Shown: positions 11,296 through 22,880 of the stretch, in pieces
How positions within the stretch are numbered: the stretch's first letter is position 1
Layout: the number at the start of each line of letters is the position of its first letter
Assembly: GCF_006345805.1 (NCBI RefSeq)
Contig: NW_021827512.1
Coordinates: forward strand, 1 to 28,193
Direction of reading: 5' to 3'
Length of the DNA stretch: 28,193 bases
Origin: Octopus sinensis
Lineage: Eukaryota
The notes under the pieces: generated by a model
The model's input: the letters and a program-made list of their open reading frames with translations, nothing else
Told to the model about the DNA's origin: nothing
Database searches by the model: none
Translations under genes and position numbers: made by a program

Positions 11296-11470
11296 ACCAC
11301 TTGACTGGTATGTTACAATCATGTCAGTTAGCGGTTCGGCACAAAAGTAGCAAAGAAAGGTACCAATTTAAAGAAAAAAAGAGAGAAGATTACTGTGGGC
11401 AATTCAATAAACTAATCCTTTCAGATGGTGCTCCAGTATGGCTGCAGTCCAATGACTGAGACAAATAAAA
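11296..11470 (+). mobile_element. Diverged family-A-like SINE 3' half
   Basis: TTAGCGGTTCGGCA...GGTGCTCCAGTATGGCTGCAGTCCAATGACTGAGACAAATAAAA. Confidence 0.75.
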
Positions 11471-11800
11471 TTGTGTAAATGTGACATTTACGGTATCGCT
11501 TTCTGTCTTGCTTTCTTTTCTGTTCTGTGAGACAAGGGACTGTATTTTCACTTGCTGTTGGAGTGTACATTACATGTTTAATATACATTAGGGAGTTGGA
11601 TGTGTGTAGAATTGTGACGAAGATGTGCATATTAGAAATAAAATGACGACTAGTCGGGTGTAGTACCCAGGGGGAAAAGCAAATTATAAGCCATTACGGA
11701 TTAACTATGATGCAAATAAAATTTTAATTACATTAATCTTCTGAAAGCATAATAAAATGTGTTGATTTGAAAATTTTATGTGACCCTGCCCTAGTTATAT

Positions 11801-12210
11801 TCTTTTCTACTCTGGGCACAAGGCCTGAAAGTTTTGGGGAGGGGACCAGTCGATTAGATCGACCACAGTACGCAAATGGTACTTAATCTGTAGACTCCGA
11901 AAGGATAAAAGGCAAGGTTGACCTTGGCGGGATTTGAACTCAGAACGTACAGACAGACGAAATACCGTTAAGCATTTCGCCCGGTGTGCTAACGTTTCTT
12001 TTCTACTCTAGGCGCAAAGCTTGAAATTTTAGGTGAGGAACCAGTCGAGTAGATCGATCCCAGTACGCAATTGATACTTAATTTATCGACCCCGAAAGGA
12101 TGAAATGCAAAGTCGACCTCGGTGGAATTTGAACTCAGAACTTAAAGACGGACGAAATACCGCTAAGCATTTCGCCCGGTGTGCTAACGATTCTGCCAGC
12201 TCACCGCCTT
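11801..12210 (-). mobile_element. Head-to-tail dimer of SINE family B (B2 tail) within one 16-bp TSD
   Basis: Two units joined at ~12000. Flanks are CCTGCCCTAGTTATAT (11785-11800) and CCTGCTCTAGTTATAT (12211-12226), one mismatch. Confidence 0.88.
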
Positions 12211-12289
12211 CCTGCTCTAGTTATATAGTATAGTTCTAAATATTTATTACTGTACTTTACAGATATGTAATGGGAATGAAATTGGGCAT

Positions 12290-12750
12290 TGACTGTGTAG
12301 TGAAGAAGCTCACTTGCTAACCATGTGGCACCTTGGGAATCTTCCACAACAACCTGGACTGACCAAGCTCTGTATATGAAATTCGCAGAGGAAAACTGTG
12401 TAGACACCCATCGTATGTGTGTGTCTTTGTGTTTGTGCTTGTTCCTTACAGCTTAACAATCGGTGCTGGTTTGTTTACGCCCTCGTAGCTTAAATCTTCG
12501 AGGGAAAGAAACCGATAGGATAAATAACAGACTCTTAAAAAAAGAGCAAAAATAAGTGCTAGGGTTAACAGGTTCGAATAAAGCCTTCGGGGCGTTGCTT
12601 AAATCTTCGAGGGAAAGAAACCGATAGGATAAATAACAGACTCTTAAAAAAAGAGCAAAAATAAGTGCTAGGGTTAACAGGTTCGAATAAAGCCTTCGGG
12701 GCGTTGCTCGAGCGTGGTCGGGTTCCAATGAATGAAACAAATAAAAAGTA
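12290..12750 (+). mobile_element. Old family-A-like SINE containing an exact 109-bp tandem duplication
   Basis: Degenerate A-type motifs (GTGGCACCTTGGG, GAAAACTGTGTAGACACCCATCG, GGTGCTGGTTTGTTTACG, GAAACCGATAGGATAA). Duplication at 12488-12708. Confidence 0.7.
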
Positions 12751-12989
12751 TAAAATAGAAAGTGTGTTGTGGGTCTGGCCTGAAGCATGGCCAGGAATAC
12801 ACTAAAAGTCTCATCTTTTATTTCTTATTCAGCCCTTTATTAAGACAAAAGAAACCTACGATGTCTCAATTAGAGAATGGAAGTCTCGAAATGGAAAAAA
12901 TTACTTGACCTTAATACACAGCCCTGTTGCCTGGGCAGTCATGTGCACCTGTATGCATGTGTGCAAATATAGACATATAAATATCTGAG

Positions 12990-13068
12990 CGTGGTTGAGC
13001 GTGTGTTGTGTGCGTGCGTGTGTGTGGTGTGTGTGTGTGTGGTGTGTGGTGTGTTGTGTGTGGTGTGT

Positions 13069-13112
<44 letters not shown>

Positions 13113-13810
13113 TGTTAAAGTGGTTTCAAAAAGTGGTGACATACAGTTTCATAGCTTCGAGCTCTTTGCTCCAAACAGTCTTACCATGTTCCTCAGAAGA
13201 ACTATCTCCAAGGTATGGTTGTACATCGAAGTATGTATGTATGTATGTATGTATGTATGTATGTATGTATGTATGTATGTATGTATGTATGTATGTATTT
13301 ATGTATATGTATATGTGTACGTATGTATGTATGTGTGTATGTATGCATGAATATATGTATGTGTCTTTATGTATGTATGTATGCATATGTGTACATATGT
13401 ATCTATGTATGTGTGTATGTATGTATGTTTGTGTGTATATATGTATCTATGCATGTGTGTGTGTGTATGTATGTACGTATGTATATATGTGTATGTATTC
13501 ATGTATGTATATATCTATGCATGTGTGTGTATGTATATATGTATACACAACCAGTCACAAATGCAACCTTTCCCACAGACGTATTTGTACGTAAGATTGC
13601 TGGTGTTTCTCTCCCTCCCTCTATCTCTCTCTTTTTCCATATATATATATGTGTGCGTGCGTGTGTGTGTGTGTGTGTGTGTATGTGTGTGTGTGCATAT
13701 GTGTATGTTTGCATACACGTTTATATATATACATATGTATACATACACACACACACACATATTCACACACATATTCACACACATATATACATATACCTAC
13801 TTATGTATGC
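12990..13810. repeat. (GT)/(GTAT)/(CA) microsatellite block
   Basis: Read directly. Confidence 0.92.
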
Positions 13811-14320
13811 ATGTAATGCAAAGGTGCACCTGAATATGTTGTTGACTTCTGATTTCAATTGTTTTTGAATTCTTCCTGTAAAGAAACTTGATCCTAGCTG
13901 CGCACAAAGCTTTTTCGCTGGGATTTAGATCACAATCCAAACATATTTATACGTTGAACGCTTTCAATGCATTGTTCTATAGTTTTTCTGCTTATTTCAA
14001 CCACAAATTGTATTTGAGAAGTGCGTGGAAACAGGTCAGCAACTCCCTTCCCCACGTTTTTGTTGCTTGTTGTTTTGACTGAAAACCTCAAGCGTTTTCA
14101 GATTGTCATCTCGACATATTTTAACAAGGACACCAGTGATCATTGCTTTGCCTTAGGCCAACAAATCTTTGATGGGCTCATAGGGCCGCCATTGTTACAC
14201 AGAGCATGTCTCTGGCATTTTTACACCTAACGTACTACATACCCTTGCAAATTTGAACATGGTTGATTTTTTCTAGAGAAGAGAAAACCAGACAGAAATA
14301 CATAGAAAAGACCACAGTAT

Positions 14321-14447
14321 AAGTACTTTATTTATCGATCCCGATTAGATGAAAGGCAAGACTGACCTTGGCGATATTTGAACTCAGGGCAAAGAGAACT
14401 GGAACGATTATTGCAAATCGATATATCCGCCATTCTGACGACTCTGC
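14321..14447 (-). mobile_element. Degenerate SINE family B fragment
   Basis: TTTATCGATCCCGATTAGATGAAAGGCAAG..GACCTTGGCG..TTTGAACTCAG. Confidence 0.7.
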
Positions 14448-14637
14448 CTATAAAATACCTTGTGATATCCCATTAGCAGGATAATTACTGGTATAAGCTG
14501 GAATTTACAATCATGTTATAGAAGTTACTAGTTTCGAAGTATTGTATAAATGTGAGTCTATGATATAGAACATATCTATAGATTTTAGTCAACATTATAA
14601 CCAGAAGTTATATATTTATTCTGTAGTACAGAATAAT

Positions 14638-14848
14638 CCTTTCTACTATAGGCACAAGGCCTGCAATTGGGGGAAGGGGGTAGTGGATTACATCAACTCC
14701 TGTGTGTAACTGATACTTAATTTATCGACTCCGAAAGGATGAAAGGTAAAGGTCGAGCTCGGCGGAATTTGAACTCAGAACGTAGCGGCAGACGAAATAC
14801 CGCTAAGCATTTCGCCCTGTCTGCTAACAATTCTGCCAGCACACCACC
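14638..14848 (-). mobile_element. SINE family B (B2 tail), full length, with TSD
   Basis: Full head, core and tail. Flanks TTCTGTAGTACAGAATAAT (14619-14637) and TTCTGTAGTACACAATAAT (14849-14867). Confidence 0.9.
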
Positions 14849-14899
14849 TTCTGTAGTACACAATAATAGCATTATGAGAAAATTAGGATACCGTATAAG

Positions 14900-15292
14900 T
14901 TATTATGTATGTATAAGTGAATTTATGTACGTACGTATGGGTATATGTATGTATCAATCTGGTTATGTATGTATGTACGTTCGTACGCATGTATGTATGT
15001 ATGCATGCATGTATGCATGTATTATGCATATATGTATATATATATGCATGTATGCATGTATGTATATATGTATGTATGCATGCATGTATGTATGCATGCA
15101 TGTATGTATGCATGTATGTATGTATGCATGCATGCATGTATGTATGCATGCATGTATGTATGTATTACGTCCGTACGCATGCATGTATGTATGCATACAT
15201 GTATGTATGCATACATGTATGTATGCATACATGTATGTATGTATGTGTGTGTGTATGTATGTGTGTATTTATATATGTGCGTATGTACATAT
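14900..15292. repeat. (ATGT)/(ATGC) microsatellite
   Basis: Read directly. Confidence 0.92.
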
Positions 15293-15295
15293 TTG

Positions 15296-15650
15296 TAGGT
15301 GTGGTATGTCCGAATGATTTAAATGTTCGCTTCGCCAACGAAAGGTTCCCGGTTTTAATCCCAAAGAAAATGAGATTTGCGTCGTGGACAAATATCACTT
15401 TCTGTAACCTCGAGTTGGCCCATACTTTATGAACGAAACTGGGTAGATAGAAACTGCATAGAAGCCCATCATATCAACATTGCTTTTAATTCAAAAGGTA
15501 CAACCTTGTCACAGAGGTTGTGTCACACTGACTCCTCCTGAAAACAATGTTACGGGTAGACGTGTCTGTGGAATACTCAGTCACTTGTTCGGCCTATCAG
15601 GAGCAGGCTTGTTCAATTAAGTGAACAAATCTTTATCGTTCATCGATAGA
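15296..15650 (+). mobile_element. Degenerate SINE: family-A-like head with a different tail
   Basis: GGTTCCCGGTTTTAATCCC (B-box-like) and GGTAGATAGAAACTGCATAGAAGCCCATC resemble the family A head. The downstream CCTTGTCACA..ACGTGTCTGTGGAATACTCAGTCACTT..GAGCAGGCT is not the A tail. Confidence 0.55.
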
Positions 15651-15654
15651 GATC

Positions 15655-16150
15655 CACCACCACCACTATCACCACCATCACTACCATCACTACCACTATC
15701 ACCACTACCACCACTACCACCACCACTACCACCACAACCACTACCATCACCACCACTATCACCACTACCACCACCACCACTACTACCACCACCACTACCA
15801 CCACTACCACCACCACCACTACCACCACTACCACCACCACCACTACTACCACCACCACAATCACCACTACCACCACTACCACCACCACAACAACTACCAT
15901 CACCACCACTATCACCACAACCACTACCACCACCACCACTACCACCACCACCACTACCACCACTACCACCACCACCACCACCACCACCACCACCACCACC
16001 ACTACCACCACTGCCACAACCATCACTGCCGCCGCCGCCACCAAAACCAATACCACCAACAACAACTGTACCACCATTACCAATACCACCACCACCATTA
16101 CCACCACAACCATCACCGCCAATACCACCACCACTATTATCAGCACCACC
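15655..16150. repeat. Degenerate (CCA/CTA)n trinucleotide array
   Basis: Read directly; it is the source of the poly-Pro/Gly/Val ORFs. Confidence 0.95.
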
Positions 16151-16164
16151 ACGATCATAACGTG

Positions 16165-16430
16165 ACAGTCTCTCCAATCCGAGAAAGACAATTCTGCAAT
16201 TTGTTGCTGAACAATCTGCACAAATAAATCGCTTAAGATGATCAAAGGTTTGTGTGGCACATACGTTCACCCGCCCCCTCTATCTGCTAAGACGGCTCTG
16301 AGTGCAAGTGCACAATGTGCCACACACCAGATGTTGAAGTGACTGCACAGCTACGCGAAATGAAGTGTTTTGTTCAAGAACCCGACGCACCGCCCTCTCC
16401 GGGAATCGAAACCACAACCTCGCGATCATC
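16165..16430 (-). mobile_element. Degenerate tRNA-head SINE of a third family
   Basis: Minus strand GATCGCGAGGTTGTGGTTTCGATTCCCGG (B-box-like) then GTTCTTGAACAAAACACTTCATTTC. The 3' extent is approximate. Confidence 0.6.
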
Positions 16431-16433
16431 ATG

Positions 16434-16659
16434 TATTCTTTTATTCTTTTATTTGTCTCAGTCATTTGATTACAGCTAAGCTTGGTCACCGCCTTTAGTC
16501 GGGCAAATCAACCCCAGGACTCATTCTTTGTGAGCCTAGTACTTATTCTATCGGGCTCTTTTGTCGAACCGCTAGGTTACGAGAACGTAAACACACCAGC
16601 ATCGGTTAATGGGGGGGGGGGCACTCAGACACACAAACGATACACACATACATACAAAC

Positions 16660-16691
<32 letters not shown>

Positions 16692-16794
16692 ATGTATATA
16701 TATATATATATATATAAGCTGAATTTATATATATATATATATATATATGTGTATACACACACATCTATATATATAAACTGAAAAAAGCGTATCG

Positions 16795-16849
<55 letters not shown>

Positions 16850-17003
16850 TATACGACGGGCTTCTTTCAGTGTCCGCTATTAATCCACTCATAAAGCTTT
16901 GGTCGGCCCGAGGGTACAGTAGAAAACACTCGCCCAAGGTGCTACGCAGTGGGACTGAACCCAGAACCATGTGGCTGGTAAGCACGCTACTTACCACACA
17001 GCA
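16434..17003 (-). mobile_element. SINE family A with expanded internal (AT)n
   Basis: Colinear with 1141-1553. Confidence 0.88.
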
Positions 17004-17278
17004 GTATATATTTACATACGCAATGCTTGTATTTTTATTCCTGTGTGCCCGTGACTGCGTGCATATGCGTAGAGTTATATGTGTCAATGTCCTCTAACGA
17101 CCACAAAACATTTGTTAAAAACTGGAATAGATTAAGTAATGCGATGTTTACTATGCAAAAAAGCTGAATAACTGCGCAATAAGAGTGCAACGATCTGAGG
17201 CAAATTCTTATGTTACCCTTGATGCATATGTTGTTGCACTGCCGGCCGTTGATATTGCAGATACGACTGCATCTAATC

Positions 17279-17672
<394 letters not shown>

Positions 17673-17675
17673 ATT

Positions 17676-18240
17676 GCGGCGAGCTGGCAGAAACGTTAGC
17701 ACGCCGGACGAAATGCGTAGCCGTATTTCGTCTGCCGTTACGTTGTTAGTTCAAATCCCGCCGAGGTCGACTTTGCCTTTCATCCTTTCGGGGTCGATAA
17801 ATTAAGTACCAGTTACGCACTGGGTTCGAAAAATCGACTTAATCCGTTTGTCTGTCCTTGTTTGTCCCCTCTGTGTTTAGCCCCCTGTGGGTAGTAAAGA
17901 AATAGGTATATCGTCTGCCGCTACGTTCTGAGTTCAAATTCCGCCGAGATTGACTTTGCCTTTTATCCTTTCGGGGTTGATTAAATAAGTACCAGTTATG
18001 CACTGGGGTCGATATAATTGACATAATCCGTTTGTCGGTCCTTGTTTGTCCTCTCTGTGTTTGGCCCCTTGTAGGTAGTAAAGAAATAGGTATTTCGTCT
18101 GTCTTTACGTTCTGAGTTCAAATTCCACCGAGGTCGACTTTGCCTTTCATCCTTTCGGAGTTGATAAATTAAGAACCAATTGCATACTGGGGTCGATTTA
18201 ATCCCCCAATATTCCGGGCCTTGTGCCTAGAGTAGAAAAG
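17676..18240 (+). mobile_element. SINE family B trimer: B1-B1-B2 tails, ~184-bp period
   Basis: One full head. Units restart at GTAT(T/A)TCGTC at 17723, 17906 and 18090. The first two end ...GTAGTAAAGAAATAG; the last ends ...CCTTGTGCCTAGAGTAGAAAAG plus (TTA)n. Confidence 0.9.
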
Positions 18241-18241
18241 A

Positions 18242-18295
<54 letters not shown>

Positions 18296-18302
18296 TATTA
18301 GT

Positions 18303-18448
18303 GTCGCGAAATAGCAGAATTGTAAGCACGTCGGGAAAATGTTTAGTGATAATTCGCCTGTCGCTATGTTCTGGGTTCAAATTCCGTCGAGGTCGACTTT
18401 GCCTTATATCCTTCGGGGTCGATAAATTAAGTACCAGTTGAGTACTGA
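18303..18448 (+). mobile_element. SINE family B, 3'-truncated
   Basis: GGGTTCAAATTCCGTCGAGGTCGACTTTGCC...GATAAATTAAGTACCAG, cut off at the transposon relic. Confidence 0.82.
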
Positions 18449-19321
18449 GTCTGAAAACCCACGAGCGTTCAAGACGCACAAAATCCTGATGGAGAAGCAG
18501 CAGGTCATGTGGAGGGAAACATTAAAGCCTGGGGTCACCAGGCAATTCGTATCTTCTGGAGAACAATCTTCCTCTCAAGGCCCTCCCCATCTTCGACAAT
18601 GCTACAACATTGTAAACTGTCTGAAAAATCATCGATATGGTCTAGCAAGTGTGGCGGAGAATAGCGTAGGGGAGAATGCTACCGTTGCGGGTAACATAAA
18701 GGCGATGTTGGCAAAGTGGCTGTGTGTTTTTGAATTTGTAGAAAAAAATCATCCTGAGAAAGTGTATACAGGTCGTACAGCAGCTTTATTTAATGACACT
18801 GCTCTTGCATATTTCCGTAACATTTTAAAAGGAAGGAAAAAACAGATTCTCTTCATATGTTTTTAATGAAACGACCTACAAGTGTAAAACAAAGTGTGTC
18901 CCAAAAAGCTTGAAATAAGCGAAGTGAGAGAAAAAAACACCAGAAATCGTTCTTCCCGAAGTCTTAATTGAAGGAGATTCTCCTTCCAAACAATAATCCT
19001 CCTCCTACTCGCCCCATCGTCTTCCTCGGGCACAAATCAGTTTTCGTTTTTCGTTTTTCTTGTTTCAGCTCAGAGCTGCGGCCATGCTGATGCACCGCCA
19101 CATATTTCTTTTGCATTCTCTTTTTTATAATTACCATTATCCTTGTAACTGAACCTTTTCTGTTTTAAAACCCAGGAAAAATTTATTTTGGAGTGGTTCG
19201 CTGGCGGGGTAGCTGGAACGGATTAATTATATTTTAATTAATTTCAATGGGGAAAATTGAGTAAATCGTAAGACGAGCTCGGTCATGGAACGAATTATGC
19301 CCGTACGGCGAGATATCGTTG
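18449..19321 (+). mobile_element. pogo/Tigger (Tc1/mariner superfamily) DNA transposon relic, internally deleted
   Basis: DDE_1-like SENPRAFK..VMWR..VTRQF and LLENNLPLKALPIFDNA; C-terminal MLAKW..FVEKNHP..LFND..FRNILK.RKKQ and PEVLIEGDSPSKQ* (stop 18994-18996); Tigger-like 3' subterminal/TIR sequence GCTGGAACGGATTAAT..TTCAATGGGGAAAATTG..GGAACGAATT at ~19212-19321. Confidence 0.8.
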
Positions 19322-19654
19322 TCTTATTATTAGCCGTATGCTTTGATATGTGCGTGAGTGCTGTGTTTCTAATATGAAGCATGGGTTGTCATGTGAATGA
19401 AACAGTAACTGTATATACATGTCCAAACCTATAGAAATACACACTCACACACACGGTGATAAATGGATAGTTAATAGGTTAATACAGAGATACATAGATA
19501 GTACGCAGATGCATACACACACACACAACACACACACACACGCACGCACGCACACTTATGCATATGTGCGTTTCCTGGGTGGTTTTCATTCACATGCAGT
19601 TTTTCTGCTGTTTATGCAACCTATAAATTATGTATTGGTGAGTAAACATCCGAG

Positions 19655-20128
19655 ATAATACATACACACACACACACACACTACCACCACCACCACCACC
19701 ACCACCTCCACCACCACCCACATATTCGTACATACAAATTGCGTCTCAAATACAAACGTGTTTAACCTATCTATCTATCTTTCTTTCTCTTGACATATTT
19801 ATATATGTGTGCGTATATGTGTGTATGTGTGTATGTATATATGTGCGAGCATATATGTGTATATATATACATATATATTTACATATGTGTGTGTATATGT
19901 GTGTATGTATATATGTGTGTACATATATGTATATATATATACATATATATTTACATATATGTATATATGTATATGTATATATGTATACATATATATTTAC
20001 ATATATACATATATATTTACATATATATATATATATTTGCATATATGTGTATATATGCATATTTATATATATCTGCATATATATATATATATTTATATAC
20101 ACAAATATTTATATATATGTGTGTGTGT
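19655..20128. repeat. (CA)/(CCA)/(AT)/(GT) microsatellite block
   Basis: Read directly. Confidence 0.9.
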
Positions 20129-20276
20129 CTGTGGTAAGTAGTTTGCTTACCAACCAAATGGTTCCGGGTTCAGTCCCACTGTGTGGTACCCTGAGCAAGT
20201 ATCTTCTACTATAGCCTCGGGCCGACCAAGGCCTTGTGAGAAGATTTGGTAGACGGAAACTGAAAGAAGCCCGTCC
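20129..20276 (+). mobile_element. SINE family A, 5' half only
   Basis: GTGGTAAGTAGTTTGCTTACCAACC..GGTTCAGTCCC..GGAAACTGAAAGAAGCCCGTC. Confidence 0.88.
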
Positions 20277-21624
20277 AATATATATATATATATATCATAG
20301 AAATATGATCCAAAAAGAAAATTGAAGCTACACGCGGAAATGTAAGGGGAAAATAAGAAGAAAAATAAGCGAAAATGCACATTGGAAATGAAAAAAAGTA
20401 AAGGCTTTTTATGAAAAGTAACGATAGATATTTACAATCAGATGAACTGACGTAGAATAAAGTAATAATAAAATGTATGTGTATGTGTGTGTATGTTTGC
20501 ATGTGAACTACATACCTGCACGTAAGAATATATATATGTATATATATATATATATAATTTATATATATAATATATAATATATATATATAATATTATATAT
20601 ATATATATATATGTACGTATATGTGTGTGTGTGGGTGTGTGTGTGTGCGCGCGCGTGTGTGTGTACATTTGTGTTTCCAGATTTTAAAGTGGTATTCAAT
20701 AACGTTACTTACTATCAAAATGTAATTTAGATATCTGAAATAATTGGCTGTTATTGCGAAAGGACCAGAATGCGAGGTATTGTAAGTTGTGCTACGTTTG
20801 CAGAATAAGAAATACAATGAATAAAACACTGACATGAATTGTGACGGGAGAAAGAGCTAGCTAACGTTTCGGATATATGTCCTTCTGCAGTAGAGTAGGA
20901 AGGGAGAAAAAGTCAATATGAACTTTTACATCAGGATGCGAAGAAGGTACACACACAGACACACATGTATATATGCGTATGCATACATGTATGTATATAT
21001 GTGAGTGTATGTATGTGTGTGCGTATAATATACTTATATACATTCCTTCATTCATTCATTATACATGCATGCGAGCATACATATCTACATACATACATAA
21101 TACATACATACATACATACATACACACACACCACACACACACATACATACATACATATATACATACATACATACACACACATACATGTCATATCGAAGAC
21201 GAGTTTACATCACTGACAAAGCAACGTCCGTGCAAAATAATTTGGTCGAATAAAGTTTGCGACACACCCCATAGACCCTCTTCACCCTATTGATATGATC
21301 CAGAGAGAAATCGCGTCAAGATATCTAGTTCCAATATGGTTCGCAAGTTGAGGAATGTGGGAACGCCATGACCTCAATCGCAAACAAAATATTCTCAAAA
21401 TGCCTGGTGCCGTTCCTTATTTATGCTGCTGTTTTATATCAGAGTGACTTCCCAGAGACATGCATTGGCAAAATACGAGGAACGCCTCACTTTAGTGATC
21501 TTCCAACACACAGAACACCGTCCCAGAATTTCTGTGTCCCCAGAAAACAAGTCAGGCATCGTTATAGTGGTCAGCTGCCCAGCGGATGTGAATGCACAAT
21601 CACAATCCAAGCAAAAGAGAACAT

Positions 21625-21770
21625 TTATTCGCCACCACCTTCTACGGGAGCTTCGTGGAATATTTGGGTATTTTCTCTCAATAAACACCCACAACGCCCG
21701 GTCTAGGAATCGGAACAGCGATCCTATGACCGCAAGTCCGCTGCCCTAACCACTGGACCATTGCGCCTCC
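21625..21770 (-). mobile_element. tRNA-head SINE fragment of another family
   Basis: Minus strand GGAGGCGCAATGGTCCAGTGGTTAGGGCAGCGGACT (A-box) and GTTCCGATTCC (B-box-like), continuing into non-tRNA sequence. Confidence 0.72.
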
Positions 21771-22026
21771 ACTATACTTATGTACGTATATGTATACATA
21801 TAAGCATGTGGCCGTCTTTAGCTACACCGTGTTTCAAATAATGAAGGAATGGTTTGGATCATAGGTGTATTGGTTCAGGGGAACCACACAGCAATAATAA
21901 CATGTACGAATCTCCAATGAAAAAAAAAAAGAGAGAGAGAGAAGTTAAAACAGAAGATATTATTGTAATGTTCCCTTTACCCACGTCCCTGTGGCTAATA
22001 AAAGAAGTCATCATTATCGAATCGTC

Positions 22027-22225
22027 GAATCGTTAGCACGACGGGCGAAATGCCGCTAAGCATTACGTCCTTCCTTACTTTCTGAGTTCAAATCCAGCCG
22101 AGGTCAACTTCCGACCTTTCAGTGTCGATCCAATAAAGTACCAGTCATATACTGGTTTCGACAGCATCAAGTTTAACTCTCTTCCCACAAATGTACTGGC
22201 TTTGTGTTTAAATCAGAAATAATTA
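22027..22225 (+). mobile_element. Degenerate SINE family B
   Basis: GAATCGTTAGCACGACGGGCGAAATG..TCTGAGTTCAAATCCAGCCGAGGTCAACTT..AAAGTACCAG. Confidence 0.75.
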
Positions 22226-22289
22226 TTGCAATCATGGAGAGAAAAGCTGACTAACGCATTTGAATTTTTATCGCGCAGATTGATTGGGT

Positions 22290-22608
22290 GTGTTTGGGTG
22301 AGGGGTTGGTGGTAGTGGTATAAGGAAGGGTTGCCGGTGTTGGTGGGGAGCGGTAGATGATAGTAGTGGTGGCGGTGGTGATGGTGGTGGTGGTGTTGGT
22401 GGTGGCTAGTATTGGCGTGAGTGACGGAGTGGCGAAGGATTGGTAGCGATGTGGGTGGGAGAATGTAGGACACTGAAATTTGATATGAAGCACAATGTTC
22501 TCAGAAACTCTAAAATATCACGAAGCATATGGATAGTGCACATACACACACACATACACACACCCACACCCACATACACATACATGGACACAGGCGCATG
22601 CACACGCG

Positions 22609-22654
<46 letters not shown>

Positions 22655-22880
22655 GCATGCACGCACACACATGCACACACACACACGTGACATACAGGCA
22701 CCCACGCTCCAAATAGTCACATACACACTTATGAAGGCACTGTCAGTGATGTAAATAATGTAGATATGCACACAGATCACAAATACGTACACATATACGC
22801 ACACACACACAGACACGCACACATACAGACACGTACACACGCACACACAGACGTACACATACATACATGCATAGACACAC
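22290..22880. repeat. (GGT)n and (CA)/(AT) microsatellite block
   Basis: Read directly. Confidence 0.85.

Noticed and set aside
13860-14270. Possible Tc1/mariner transposase N-terminal relic on the minus strand
   Set aside because: Only vague resemblance across broken frames (..EISRKTI..FGL..ARIKF); no TIR or catalytic motif seen. It would need an HMM search.
12991-15432. Numerous CMYV/HTYI-rich ORFs, and similar ones at 863-1258, 17185-17805, 19767-20214 and 26569-27048
   Set aside because: Di-, tri- and tetranucleotide microsatellite translations.
15617-16270. Poly-Gly, poly-Pro and poly-Val ORFs of 179-217 aa
   Set aside because: Translations of a (CCA/CTA)n array, open on both strands because of composition; no gene structure.
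21690-21770. tRNA gene (also considered for the heads of SINE families A and B)
   Set aside because: A/B boxes are present but there is no clean cloverleaf or acceptor stem, and each continues into a repeated SINE body.
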